From a virus (Duplodnaviria > Heunggongvirae > Uroviricota > Caudoviricetes), in the IMG/VR virus record IMGVR_UViG_3300042535_000037, positions 36,031 through 100,030 of that record: DNA of 64,000 nt; one strand, written 5' to 3'. The notes under the pieces are model-generated. The model had not been told where the DNA came from, ran no database searches, and saw only the letters and a program-made list of their open reading frames with translations. Position numbers and translations under genes: made by a program. Positions within the stretch are counted from its first letter, which is position 1; each line of letters opens with the position of its first letter. This document shows positions 1 through 9,085 of this stretch, piece by piece.

Positions 1-698
1 TAGAATGCAGCTTTTTCACCAAGCTTATCCCCTCTCTTGATACTCAAAAGCTTATCATATGTAATTGTAAGTATGTCTGGTGCGTACACTTTTCCACTTG
101 TCATACTCTTGTTTTTCTCTTCCATCATTGTTTTGATGTAGCAATTTTCACAAGTGGAAAATGGTAGAATTGGTAAAAAGAATGTATCATATGCAGGAAT
201 TTCACATTCCTTACAATTCTCACTGAGAATAAAAGGTAACTCCTTGAGTGCCTTATTTGATTCTACCTTAGCCTTAGCCTTACTGCAACCCAACTGGTTA
301 GATGGAATCTGTCTTACAATCTTACTATAGTCACCTGTAGAATCCTGATACAATGAAAGTGCTGTTTTAACCGTTGACCTAGCTATTTCATTAGTAGGCT
401 CCACCACCAATATTCTTTTATTCCTAATCATGGCAGAAATAATGGTATTCGTAGTACAACTGGCTCTTGTCGTTTTAACCATGTTGTAGTACATTTCGAT
501 ATTTTCAGTTGTAATATCAATTATCTTGATGCACTTTGTCAGTTGCTCAACATAAACATGATTCTTTCGTTTTTCATTTCTTTCATCAATCACAATTGAT
601 TCTAAATCGTTATAATGCGCAACCAATTTCTTAAAAATTCCTTCGTCTATGGGCTTTTCCTTTAATGTTTCCATAAATTCGTGAATTTTTGGATGCAT
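1..698 (-). CDS. hypothetical protein, N-terminal 232 aa (gene runs off window start); Cys-rich C..C motifs
   Basis: ATG at 698 on minus strand (MHPKIHEFMETLKEK...), open to position 1; not in ORF track because truncated. Confidence 0.5.
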   Translation of the reverse strand, partial: MHPKIHEFMETLKEKPIDEGIFKKLVAHYNDLESIVIDERNEKRKNHVYVEQLTKCIKIIDITTENIEMYYNMVKTTRASCTTNTIISAMIRNKRILVVEPTNEIARSTVKTALSLYQDSTGDYSKIVRQIPSNQLGCSKAKAKVESNKALKELPFILSENCKECEIPAYDTFFLPILPFSTCENCYIKTMMEEKNKSMTSGKVYAPDILTITYDKLLSIKRGDKLGEKAAF

Positions 699-776
699 AG
701 ACAAGCTATTATGCGATTATCTTATTTTAACCTTTTCAAGAAAACTTCATATATATGAAACACCTATTAGTGACCA

Positions 777-941
777 ATGACCAAACTAGATACTTTCATT
801 CTAGAAAATTGCATTAATGTTTGTGGTCTTTACCATTCTCAAGATGATGGTGTTTTGTGCTTGATAGCAGACCACATTGTTGACGAATCAATAATGGAAA
901 AATGTTCTAAACGTCAAGAAGTACTTAGGAGTATATTTTAA
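777..941 (+). CDS. small Cys-containing protein (54 aa)
   Basis: canonical promoter-leader-like sequence catatatatgaaacacctattagtgacc precedes ATG; TAATG overlap with next gene. Confidence 0.4.
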   Translation: MTKLDTFILENCINVCGLYHSQDDGVLCLIADHIVDESIMEKCSKRQEVLRSIF

Positions 942-1357
942 TGATTGAAGTAGATGGAGTTTTTTGGAACTCAAAAGAGGATTACAGGGCAATACCTACC
1001 AACGCCATGTGCAAGAAAAACGGAAACCTAATCATGGGTGCAGGTACAGCACTCCAAGCATCTCAGAGATGTCCAAAACTTGCTAAAAAATTAGGCGAAC
1101 ACGTCAGGATACATGGGAATATTCCAGCATTCATAGAAGAATACATGATAGTCACTTTTCCTTCAAAACAAAATTGGCAATACCCATCTGACATAGACCT
1201 CATAGAAAAATCAGCAAGATACCTTCAGATGGCTCTACCTGAAGACAAGACCTGTGCAATAACAAGAGTAGGATGTGGCAATGGTGCTCTCCATTGGGAT
1301 ACAGTAAAGGCTCGCATTGCTCCAATCCTAGATGACCGTTTCCGTGTATACAAGTGA
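941..1357 (+). CDS. macro domain-like protein (ADP-ribose binding/processing fold)
   Basis: motifs PTNAM..GNLIMGAGTAL and VGCGNGALHW resemble the macro domain N..GGGV and G.G.G loops; SD AGGAG before ATG. Confidence 0.5.
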   Translation: MIEVDGVFWNSKEDYRAIPTNAMCKKNGNLIMGAGTALQASQRCPKLAKKLGEHVRIHGNIPAFIEEYMIVTFPSKQNWQYPSDIDLIEKSARYLQMALPEDKTCAITRVGCGNGALHWDTVKARIAPILDDRFRVYK

Positions 1358-1361
1358 TACC

Positions 1362-2462
1362 ATGAAAATATGCATGATTGCCGATGCCACATCAATCCAC
1401 TCTTTGAGATGGGCTAACTATTTTGTTTCTCAGGGCGATGAGGTTCACATAATCACATATGAATCGCCAAGAAAAGAAGTTCCAAACATAATATTTCATG
1501 TAGTAAAATCCAGATTTGGAAATCTCTATCTTGACTTTATTCCCCGCCAATTGAAAATTTCATCAATAATAGATGAAATAAAACCAGATATATTACATGC
1601 TCATTTCATCTCTAAGTTCGGCTTTCATGCTGCATTCATCAAACACAAACCAAGAATTATGAGTGCTTGGGGTAGTGATATTCTTGTCCTTCCTAACACA
1701 TCAAAATTCATCAAATTTTTCACTAAGCTTTCTCTCAAGAAAGCAGATGTCATCTATGCTGCATCCCACAACCTTCATGACAAGATAATCTCAGAATACA
1801 ACATCCCAGAATACAAAGTCAAATATGTACCAATTGGAGTAGACATAGACCTATTCCATCCTGAAGAAAAGAAATCCGAAACAATAACAATTCTATCTAA
1901 CAGAAACCTCATGCCTGTATACAACATTGAAACTTTTATCAATTCAATTTCATATGTAGTATATCGCCATCCAGAAGTAAGATTCATCATTGCAGGAAGC
2001 GGGATTCTCGAAGATTCACTAAAAGAAAAAGTAATAACTAAAAAGCTATCAGAATACGTTACATTCGTAGGAAATATAGAAAATATAGACATGCCAAAAC
2101 TTCTTAATGAATGCGACATATATGTTTCAACTTCACTATCAGATGGAACTCCAATTTCCATGATGGAAGCTATGGCTTGTGCTAAACCATGCATAATTTC
2201 AAACGTGGGTGGTACTTCCGAATACATAGAAAATGGAGTCAATGGATTTCTATTTACTCCAAAAAATTATGTAGAGTTAGCAGAAAAAATCAAATACTTG
2301 ATAGAAAACCCATCCATTAGAAAAGAATTTGGAGAAAAAGCTCTCATTACTATTCGTGAAAATGGAGACTTCAACAAACTCATGAAAAACATGAGAAAAA
2401 ACTACCATGAAGCAGACCTTCCCCAAAAGCTCAAAGGAACTCAGCTTTATTCAACGATGTGA
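1362..2462 (+). CDS. GT-B fold glycosyltransferase, family GT4-like
   Basis: C-terminal E-X7-E motif region GTPISMMEAMACAKPCIISNVGGTSEYIENGVNGFL; ORF-track ORF 1332..2462, start moved to MKICMI after the upstream stop. Confidence 0.85.
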   Translation: MKICMIADATSIHSLRWANYFVSQGDEVHIITYESPRKEVPNIIFHVVKSRFGNLYLDFIPRQLKISSIIDEIKPDILHAHFISKFGFHAAFIKHKPRIMSAWGSDILVLPNTSKFIKFFTKLSLKKADVIYAASHNLHDKIISEYNIPEYKVKYVPIGVDIDLFHPEEKKSETITILSNRNLMPVYNIETFINSISYVVYRHPEVRFIIAGSGILEDSLKEKVITKKLSEYVTFVGNIENIDMPKLLNECDIYVSTSLSDGTPISMMEAMACAKPCIISNVGGTSEYIENGVNGFLFTPKNYVELAEKIKYLIENPSIRKEFGEKALITIRENGDFNKLMKNMRKNYHEADLPQKLKGTQLYSTM

Positions 2463-2466
2463 AAAA

Positions 2467-2775
2467 ATGCCAACAATACATGAAGCCGTAAAATGTAAAT
2501 TCATGACTCTTACTGAAAGCAAAAAAGTAGTATGTGGTCAAGCTGATAACCCAGAAGAATATTGTAATTATGAAATTTGCTCCCTTTGGGAACAAAAAGA
2601 AGAAGAAAAAGTAATAGACTCTACATGTACACGTCATCTCGTATGTCCTCACTGTGGATATGAAGACGATGACTCTGAACTAGACGATTCAAGTGAAGAA
2701 TATGAGTGTCCAGTATGTGAAAAAACATTTTCATATGAACGCGAATACTCTGTGACTTACACAAGTTGGAAATAA
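2467..2775 (+). CDS. zinc-ribbon protein
   Basis: CPHCG...CPVCE pairs; internal ATG of track ORF 2407..2775 after the GT stop. Confidence 0.5.
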   Translation: MPTIHEAVKCKFMTLTESKKVVCGQADNPEEYCNYEICSLWEQKEEEKVIDSTCTRHLVCPHCGYEDDDSELDDSSEEYECPVCEKTFSYEREYSVTYTSWK

Positions 2776-2812
2776 CCAACACCTTTTTATATATAAAATT
2801 ATATGTGATATC
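2776..2812 (+). promoter_or_regulatory. promoter-leader cassette (TATA-like TTTTTATATATAAAA, GTGATATC before ATG)
   Basis: member of the window-wide conserved motif. Confidence 0.55.
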
Positions 2813-4351
2813 ATGAAAAAATTAGCCTCATTGATTGAATCCATAATGAATACATCTTCAACTAAAGCAAAGGAAGACCTTCTCGTTAACTTCCTGACAG
2901 AAAATCCATCTCCTGAATATATCCGTTTTCTTGGAAGTGAAATACTTCCGAAGCCTCAACCCTTAAACATAGGGAAAGCTACGGTCTCCAAAGCAATAGA
3001 AAACATTTCAGGTGCAAACATGAAAGAGCTCGTAAAAGAACATGGCTCCGTTTCACTTGCTACTTTCTATGCTTTCCAGAAAAGAAACACTAAGCCATCA
3101 ATATTTGATGACCTTCTGGTTCTTCCTTCCAAAAAATCAATTCTTACTATCCTTGAAAATATATCAAAGAATCAAAAGAAAGATGCTCAAGGAGAATACC
3201 TTTTCTCGATATTCAATGGACAAGACCCTCTATCTGCAATGGCTCTATCCCACTTCATTCTTGAAGACCTTCCCGTAGGCTATAACGACAAAATTCTCAT
3301 AAAAGCGATAGCTAGAGTCAAGTCTGTTCCAGCAGACCAAATAGAACTTGCTTACTACTTTACAAATTCATTTACAAAGTTAATGTATCTCAACAGTGTT
3401 GAGATTTCCTCTCTCATTGAAAAAGGTGCAGTAGTAGGATTTCCTGTAAAGTGTATGCTTTGTGAAACTCTCGAAAGTACATCATATCCTTGTATAACTC
3501 AACGTAAACTTGATGGCAACCGCTTACAAATTCACATTATATCTCCATCAATTTTCAAGTTATACTCCCGTAAGCTTGAAGATGTAACGGCATCACATCC
3601 CGACCTAGAGGAAGCAATCTCCAATTTCTACCATGACAATGTAAGTTACATGCCATGTATCTTAGATGGAGAAGCGATAATAGGTGGCAAGTTTACTGAT
3701 GGAATGACCCGCTTCCGAAGAAAACATGACATTGAAGAATATGCAGAAAAATATCCTGTGACTCTAAACATATTCGATATTATTGTGTGCTCAGGAGCCT
3801 CAATTGATAAAATGCCTCTTAGTGGTAGGATTGAATACCTTTCTACCTTCAAATTTAACGAAAGAATTCAACTAGTACCTCACATCATAACTAACTCTGA
3901 AGTGGAAATGCAGGAGTATTTCTCAATATGTCTTGAGGAAGGTTATGAAGGCATTATCATCAAAGACATAGAATCTCAATACCTCTTCAATTCAAGAGGC
4001 TCTGAATGGCAGAAACTCAAGCCTAAGTACACATACGACCTCATCTGCTACGATGGAAACTATGGAACCAACAAAAACAAAGATGTAATGTCATCCATCA
4101 AGCTTAAATCCTCTGAAGGCTTAGAATTAGGTAACTGCGCAGGTATATCCGAAGAGTCGATGCAGGAAATCACCAAGAGAATTGTTTCAGGTCAACAATT
4201 CGTTGTTGAAGTGGAGTTCGAATCTCTACAGAAAGGTGACACCTCTTCGGGTTACTCTCTTCGCTTCCCTCGCTTCATACGCATCCGTGATGACAAACAG
4301 TTATCTGAAGCAAACTCTATGAAAGACATAACCAAATGCAAGAGGACTTAA
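2813..4351 (+). CDS. lig: ATP-dependent DNA ligase
   Basis: motif I KLDGNR, motif IV EGIIIKD, motif V WQKLKPKY; 512 aa. Confidence 0.85.
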   Translation: MKKLASLIESIMNTSSTKAKEDLLVNFLTENPSPEYIRFLGSEILPKPQPLNIGKATVSKAIENISGANMKELVKEHGSVSLATFYAFQKRNTKPSIFDDLLVLPSKKSILTILENISKNQKKDAQGEYLFSIFNGQDPLSAMALSHFILEDLPVGYNDKILIKAIARVKSVPADQIELAYYFTNSFTKLMYLNSVEISSLIEKGAVVGFPVKCMLCETLESTSYPCITQRKLDGNRLQIHIISPSIFKLYSRKLEDVTASHPDLEEAISNFYHDNVSYMPCILDGEAIIGGKFTDGMTRFRRKHDIEEYAEKYPVTLNIFDIIVCSGASIDKMPLSGRIEYLSTFKFNERIQLVPHIITNSEVEMQEYFSICLEEGYEGIIIKDIESQYLFNSRGSEWQKLKPKYTYDLICYDGNYGTNKNKDVMSSIKLKSSEGLELGNCAGISEESMQEITKRIVSGQQFVVEVEFESLQKGDTSSGYSLRFPRFIRIRDDKQLSEANSMKDITKCKRT

Positions 4352-4352
4352 T

Positions 4353-4685
4353 TTGATATCCAAAGAAATATCAGACACAGACATTTCCTTTTTGGAAGGC
4401 GAATACATGAATACACAGACTGAACAAAATGAAAAGGTCACTAAGACCGACATAATAGACTTCATCAAAGAAAACGGTAATGGTCTCATACTCAGGCTCG
4501 TAGAGACATATGAAGCTGATGAAAAACGTAAATTCTACATGTTTATAGGGAAGACAGTTCTATGTCTCATCATAGCAATTCTTATCTACTTACTTGGAAA
4601 AGCAGCAATAATAACACCCGACAACATAGTAGTACTTCTCGCTTTCATAATAGGAGCACTATTAGGTGGCTATAAAACATCCTAA
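4353..4685 (+). CDS. small membrane protein
   Basis: C-terminal TM helices; ATG 2 nt after ligase stop. Confidence 0.45.
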   Translation: MISKEISDTDISFLEGEYMNTQTEQNEKVTKTDIIDFIKENGNGLILRLVETYEADEKRKFYMFIGKTVLCLIIAILIYLLGKAAIITPDNIVVLLAFIIGALLGGYKTS

Positions 4686-5065
4686 ACAGCCAATACCCCT
4701 GCTTCTATTTTTCCATTTCTAATTTCATAGACAACTGTATCATAAGTTGTCAAATTCCATTTTTCAGAATTTTCTAATTTTCCATCCAAATATACATCTA
4801 TTTGATAAGAATTATCATAAAATATTGTACATGTTTTTGGAGCCTTCACAAACCCATTACTTCCAAGTATATACATTTCAGTTTCATTAATTCCTTTTAT
4901 GTCAACAATTACTTCATGTGTTTCATTATCATTGTTCCTAACCTCATAGAATGACGTTGGAGCACCAGCAAAAACCATGAAAATAATCATATACATCGCT
5001 GTTATAGTAATAATTGTTACTAAACCTACTATCAATTTTGCTTTTCTTTTCATCTCAAGTAACAT
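4682..5065 (-). CDS. secreted/membrane-anchored small protein
   Basis: N-terminal hydrophobic segment; convergent 4-nt overlap with 4353..4685. Confidence 0.45.
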   Translation of the reverse strand: MLLEMKRKAKLIVGLVTIITITAMYMIIFMVFAGAPTSFYEVRNNDNETHEVIVDIKGINETEMYILGSNGFVKAPKTCTIFYDNSYQIDVYLDGKLENSEKWNLTTYDTVVYEIRNGKIEAGVLAV

Positions 5066-5224
5066 ATAACAATCACTATAAGAGCTTTTCTCTATTAAAA
5101 TAGCGAAAAAATTAATACCTATGCCGTCTTTATTTAAACGTTGTGGTAAAAGCTTAAATACTACGCAGCCAATTTACATCATAGAAGTGTAAGACTTCAC
5201 TTGAACAAATATGAGGTAATTCAA

Positions 5225-5620
5225 ATGAGTGAGAAACAGACTAAGAGAACTTTCATTGTATATAACGCTGAAGAATTTGATAACTCCGGTAAACTTGTGC
5301 CACTGAGAGGCGACAAGGGAACAGTCCGTAAGGTAACTGGTCGCTACCCAATCAATGCCGCAAATAAGGTCGCTGCAATGGGTCTCTCAGACATCATAAT
5401 CAGACAGACTCGTATAAGAAACAAGGTCAGGAGATACAAGGGAAGTATTGAGGAAGTCACCCTTGAAGAGAAGAATATTCCTGTATGGGCTATGGGTGCT
5501 GCTACCCTCGATGGTAACGGAAACAAGGTCTATAAGGCAAAGAAGGGCGTTGCAGACTATGTAGGTCTCGTAAAACTTCCAAAAGGAACCCTTCTGGATG
5601 CAACCGAAGACGAAGAGTAA
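5225..5620 (+). CDS. MC1-family archaeal chromatin (architectural DNA-binding) protein homolog
   Basis: VTGRYPINAANKVAAMG / DIIIRQTRIRNKV / PVWAMG match the MC1 motifs FTGKQPRQAALKAANRG / DIIRLRERGTKKV / PAWMP; SD GAGGT before internal ATG (track 5201..5620). Confidence 0.6.
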   Translation: MSEKQTKRTFIVYNAEEFDNSGKLVPLRGDKGTVRKVTGRYPINAANKVAAMGLSDIIIRQTRIRNKVRRYKGSIEEVTLEEKNIPVWAMGAATLDGNGNKVYKAKKGVADYVGLVKLPKGTLLDATEDEE

Positions 5621-5753
5621 CTCTCTTCATCGGTTTTTCTCCAATTACATTAACTAACTTTCTAAAAACCTTTTTATATTTTCGAGTTGACATTAGGTTG
5701 TGCGGTCATTCATCGCTCACTTTGTCAACTCACTCATTCAGGACCGCACTGCC

Positions 5754-6101
5754 TCAACACTGTCTACTTCTAACAGGACAAAAGACTATTTCTTTCATCA
5801 TATACTTGCATTCACAAAAAGAGCATCCACATTTAAAATGTTGGCAAGTCAACTTACTTTCCTCTGAACAGCAAACGCTTTGCATATTCAAAATATCCTG
5901 AGCATATATTGGCTTTATACATCCAATTATCTCTTCAATATTTTCATTTATTCCATACACTAATACTAAAAATGTTTTCATGGACTTTTCAAAAGAAAGT
6001 CCAACAAGGCTCTGGACAAAATACGATGACCTCTTAAAATCATCATACATATTCCTGAACATCTCTTCTTTGAATGACACTTGTGCCATTTGTACCACCA
6101 T
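5754..6101 (-). CDS. Cys-rich zinc-binding protein
   Basis: C-terminal CC..C..C.C.C cluster; canonical promoter on minus strand (tttatatacaataaaacacatt..ATG). Confidence 0.5.
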   Translation of the reverse strand: MVVQMAQVSFKEEMFRNMYDDFKRSSYFVQSLVGLSFEKSMKTFLVLVYGINENIEEIIGCIKPIYAQDILNMQSVCCSEESKLTCQHFKCGCSFCECKYMMKEIVFCPVRSRQC

Positions 6102-6138
6102 TTATATTACAAATGTGTTTTATTGTATATAAATATTA

Positions 6139-6336
6139 TCAATAAACCATTTCAAATCTGTATCTCTTTTTTAGCAATTTTACGCGAGCTCCATTTACTA
6201 AACCCTTTCCTGTATACACTTTCCATTCGTTTTCTGAGACTTGTTCCAACGTTACATTCGAACCATAGAAGAATTTTACAATTGCTCTATGTATCTGCTC
6301 TAATGAGCCTGCACTTGCTATTAACTTTGTTTCCAT
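6139..6336 (-). CDS. hypothetical small protein
   Basis: ORF only. Confidence 0.3.
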   Translation of the reverse strand: METKLIASAGSLEQIHRAIVKFFYGSNVTLEQVSENEWKVYTGKGLVNGARVKLLKKRYRFEMVY

Positions 6337-6424
6337 GTGTAAATACTAATTCTAATGTTATTTGAACTTTCTCATTACTATTTTTCAGATAAACTATATA
6401 TACAAATACATCATTTCCGAATTC

Positions 6425-7117
6425 ATGACTGAATACGTGATTGGAGATATACATGGTCGATACAATGCATTGGAGCAGTGTCTTGAACTATCGCAATTCG
6501 ATGAAAAAAACGACACCCTCATTCTTCTTGGAGACATTGTTGATGGTGGTCGCCAAACATATGAAGTCATAGAACGCTTACTAACGTTGAATACAAAATT
6601 CGTACTAGGAAACCACGATAGCTGGTTCATCAACTACATTAAAAATTCTGTAGAGCTTCCTATATGGACCTCTCAAGGTGGAATCAACACTCTCTATTCA
6701 TATCAGAAAAATAACAAAGGGGTCATTCCTGATTCTCATAAAGAATTCCTTTTTAATCATCTACCCTACTACGAATGTTCAAATGGGAACCCAAATAAAA
6801 TTTCCTACATATTTGTACATGGTGGTTTTGACCCTCTCAAACCAATTCACGAACAACCTATAGAAAAACTTCTTTGGGATAGGAGCCTTCCAGAATTTGC
6901 AAAAAAACAGTTCATACCTAACTACAAAAAAGTCTTCATAGGTCACACCACAACTCAATATCTTAACTCAACAACCCCTGTAAAACTCAACAACCTTATA
7001 ATGATGGATACAGGTGCAGGGTGGAGTGGTCGCCTTTCCATCATGAACATTCGTACTGAAGAATATTGGCAATCCAAAAAGCAAAAACCTTCCCGCTCAA
7101 ATGGTGGATACTGGTAA
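6425..7117 (+). CDS. calcineurin-like metallophosphatase (lambda-phosphatase/ApaH-like)
   Basis: GDIHGRY, GDIVDGG, GNHD motifs; TATA-like box ~30 nt upstream. Confidence 0.8.
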   Translation: MTEYVIGDIHGRYNALEQCLELSQFDEKNDTLILLGDIVDGGRQTYEVIERLLTLNTKFVLGNHDSWFINYIKNSVELPIWTSQGGINTLYSYQKNNKGVIPDSHKEFLFNHLPYYECSNGNPNKISYIFVHGGFDPLKPIHEQPIEKLLWDRSLPEFAKKQFIPNYKKVFIGHTTTQYLNSTTPVKLNNLIMMDTGAGWSGRLSIMNIRTEEYWQSKKQKPSRSNGGYW

Positions 7118-7149
7118 TCTTTAAATATCAAGCCAACCTATTTTCTCAC

Positions 7150-7437
7150 ATGTCAACAAGAATAACTTCAAAAAACTGCGAAGAACAGGTAGCCCGCCTC
7201 GCTCGTATTATGGGTAGACCTGTTCATGCATACAACAGAATGCCGGATGGTAGCTACAGAGCCAACACAGGTGCTCTCAAACTTCATTCATATCAAGGAT
7301 ACTACAGAGTTGTAGAAATTACTGGTGAAGGTGGGGGAGAAAGTGACTTCTTTGGCTCAACTGGTCTGAAAGCAGGCGACTTCTACACAGCTATGAATTG
7401 GGTAATGGAAGCAATTCGTGTTAACAGGAAGGGATAA
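7150..7437 (+). CDS. hypothetical protein, tandem paralog A (GYYR..EGGGxSD..GLKxGDF motif)
   Basis: shares motif block with the next gene. Confidence 0.5.
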   Translation: MSTRITSKNCEEQVARLARIMGRPVHAYNRMPDGSYRANTGALKLHSYQGYYRVVEITGEGGGESDFFGSTGLKAGDFYTAMNWVMEAIRVNRKG

Positions 7438-7438
7438 A

Positions 7439-7693
7439 ATGGCAACGAGAACCTCACAGAAAGACGTAGACCGTATGATACAATACTTCAATGATTCAAT
7501 GGGAACCCCTCAACATGGCAAAGGCTCCTTCACTTATGACATTAACTCAAATGGCTACTACAGGCTCATGCTTCAGACGACTGAAGGTGGCGGTGTATCC
7601 GATGTTGGCGGTGGACTCAAGATAGGAGACTTCTGCTCCGCGCTCAACATGGCTATGAGTGCAAGGAGAGCCAAGGAAAGATACGGCTTTTAA
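7439..7693 (+). CDS. hypothetical protein, tandem paralog B
   Basis: SD AGGAAGGG then ATG 1 nt after upstream stop; NGYYRLMLQTTEGGGVSDVGGGLKIGDF. Confidence 0.5.
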   Translation: MATRTSQKDVDRMIQYFNDSMGTPQHGKGSFTYDINSNGYYRLMLQTTEGGGVSDVGGGLKIGDFCSALNMAMSARRAKERYGF

Positions 7694-7733
7694 ATTAGGT
7701 AAATAAAAAGCCTAATTTTTACAAATTTTTTTC
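7694..7733 (+). terminator. hairpin ttagg..cctaa followed by T-runs
   Basis: immediately after the 7693 stop. Confidence 0.4.
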
Positions 7734-8159
7734 AAAAAACCAACTCTTCTGATAACGATTTTTATTTACTATACAAACACTATTTTCAAAATTACATAAA
7801 TTAAAGTTTGGTAAAAAATAGTATAGAAAAATATCCAAATATATTTAACGCCTTTTTAGTACATTCAAATATAAATTTCTAAATAGCCATTATTTTCACT
7901 TTAGAGCCTATCTTAGATGTCAAGTTATAAGTTTAAGAATTCGATATCTATTTTCAGCCAAGACGTTCTCAGCTCGTTTTGGAGCCTCATAGAAGCCACT
8001 TCTGACTCAGACTTACACCTTTTCATACGAAAGTACAATTAATATTACAAACATATATTACACTACAATTGATTAAATTATCAAATAAATAATCATCAAA
8101 ATTCAATACAGGTACTTTCACAAACCCTTAAATACTAGAAACACGTTTCATCTATCAAG

Positions 8160-8402
8160 TTGATTATTATGGAAGACAAATTAAATCTTGTATCTGAAAT
8201 TTTGGAAAAGCAAATTGCTAGTAACCTAAAGAAACTTGACAAAGCAATGAAGGAGAACGTCTGGAAAGCCACCAGAGTAAACACTGAAGAGTTAATCCGT
8301 CAACTCATGGTCACTAAACAACTCATTGCTCATTACGAAAGTGGAGAAATGGAAGACGATATCGACTCTAACCCAGAGATTGCTTCCCTCTTGGAAGACT
8401 AA
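8160..8402 (+). CDS. small acidic protein
   Basis: ORF with SD-like GTTGATT leader. Confidence 0.45.
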   Translation: MIIMEDKLNLVSEILEKQIASNLKKLDKAMKENVWKATRVNTEELIRQLMVTKQLIAHYESGEMEDDIDSNPEIASLLED

Positions 8403-8443
8403 CCTTCCATCACCTTTTTATACATAAATAACCGTATATATAC

Positions 8444-8539
8444 ATGGAAATTAATATGAGTATAGAAACAATTGTACCATTAATTAATGGAATTGTAACC
8501 TTTGTAATAGGCATTTCATTAATAATAATGATGTTGTGA
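8444..8539 (+). CDS. 31-aa hydrophobic peptide
   Basis: directly after canonical promoter at 8401-8443. Confidence 0.35.
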   Translation: MEINMSIETIVPLINGIVTFVIGISLIIMML

Positions 8540-8545
8540 TGATAA

Positions 8546-8746
8546 ATGTATACAAATATACTAAGAGTAGTTGTATTATTATTCTTCTTTTTACACATAG
8601 TATCTATGTACATTTTACATAGAAAAGTTGTCTTTGAACCAGATGTCAAAGTGATAAGAGAATTTGATTCATCATTCAAGATGACACAAATGTTTTTGAT
8701 GATGATAGCAGCTTACATAGCATTAAATAATTTTTTGTGTGTCTAA
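8546..8746 (+). CDS. small membrane protein
   Basis: hydrophobic 66 aa. Confidence 0.35.
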   Translation: MYTNILRVVVLLFFFLHIVSMYILHRKVVFEPDVKVIREFDSSFKMTQMFLMMIAAYIALNNFLCV

Positions 8747-8785
8747 CCTTCCATCACCTTTTTATACATAAATATCATTCTATTT

Positions 8786-9046
8786 TTGATGACACATACC
8801 ATCAGAGCATACAATAAATGGGCTAGAAGAGTATTTCATCCATACAAATATTTTTCCCATCCTTGGAAGCAGATTTGTATGGGTAAATGCCATCATTGCA
8901 GAGCTGATGAAGATGACTATCAACTCACTAGAAAAAGAAACCACATCTTGTTAAAAACTAAGAAATTTGATATCTTAGGAGAGGACATTCCAGAAGAATC
9001 TACACAAACCATAGCAGAAATCCTAGATGAGCAAGATTGGTCGTAA
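8786..9046 (+). CDS. small zinc-binding protein (C..C..HHC)
   Basis: second copy of the 30-bp promoter repeat (8745-8775) upstream. Confidence 0.45.
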   Translation: MMTHTIRAYNKWARRVFHPYKYFSHPWKQICMGKCHHCRADEDDYQLTRKRNHILLKTKKFDILGEDIPEESTQTIAEILDEQDWS

Positions 9047-9085
9047 CCTTTATATATACAAAACACCATTACTATATTGCTGGCA
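9047..9085 (+). promoter_or_regulatory. promoter cassette upstream of tRNA
   Basis: cctttatatatacaaaacaccattactatat. Confidence 0.45.

Noticed and set aside
1775-4489. Track ORFs internal or antisense to the GT4 and ligase genes (1775-2242-, 2431-2652-, 3042-3278+, 3646-3852-, 4301-4489-)
   Set aside because: Embedded in well-supported genes, low-complexity translations, no start signals. Same reasoning for 5344-5526-, 5502-5693-, 6394-6633-, 6678-6863+, 15875-16105+, 15984-16334-, 18291-18479-, 18779-18967-, 19016-19282-, 20232-20483+, 21422-21760-, 22482-22664-, 23402-23599-, 23747-24052-, 25119-25301-, 25454-25666-, 26396-26826-, 27804-27986-, 28143-28334-, 29138-29332-, 30033-30284-, 30830-31039+, 31118-31420-, 31506-31861-, 31951-32145+, 32429-32611-, 34845-35345+, 35939-36148-, 36397-36690+, 45025-45381-, 45642-45824-, 49358-49570-, 49894-50106+, 50440-50673-, 51117-51314-, 51666-52250-, 55593-55826+, 56338-56538+, 58699-58938-, 62068-62289-
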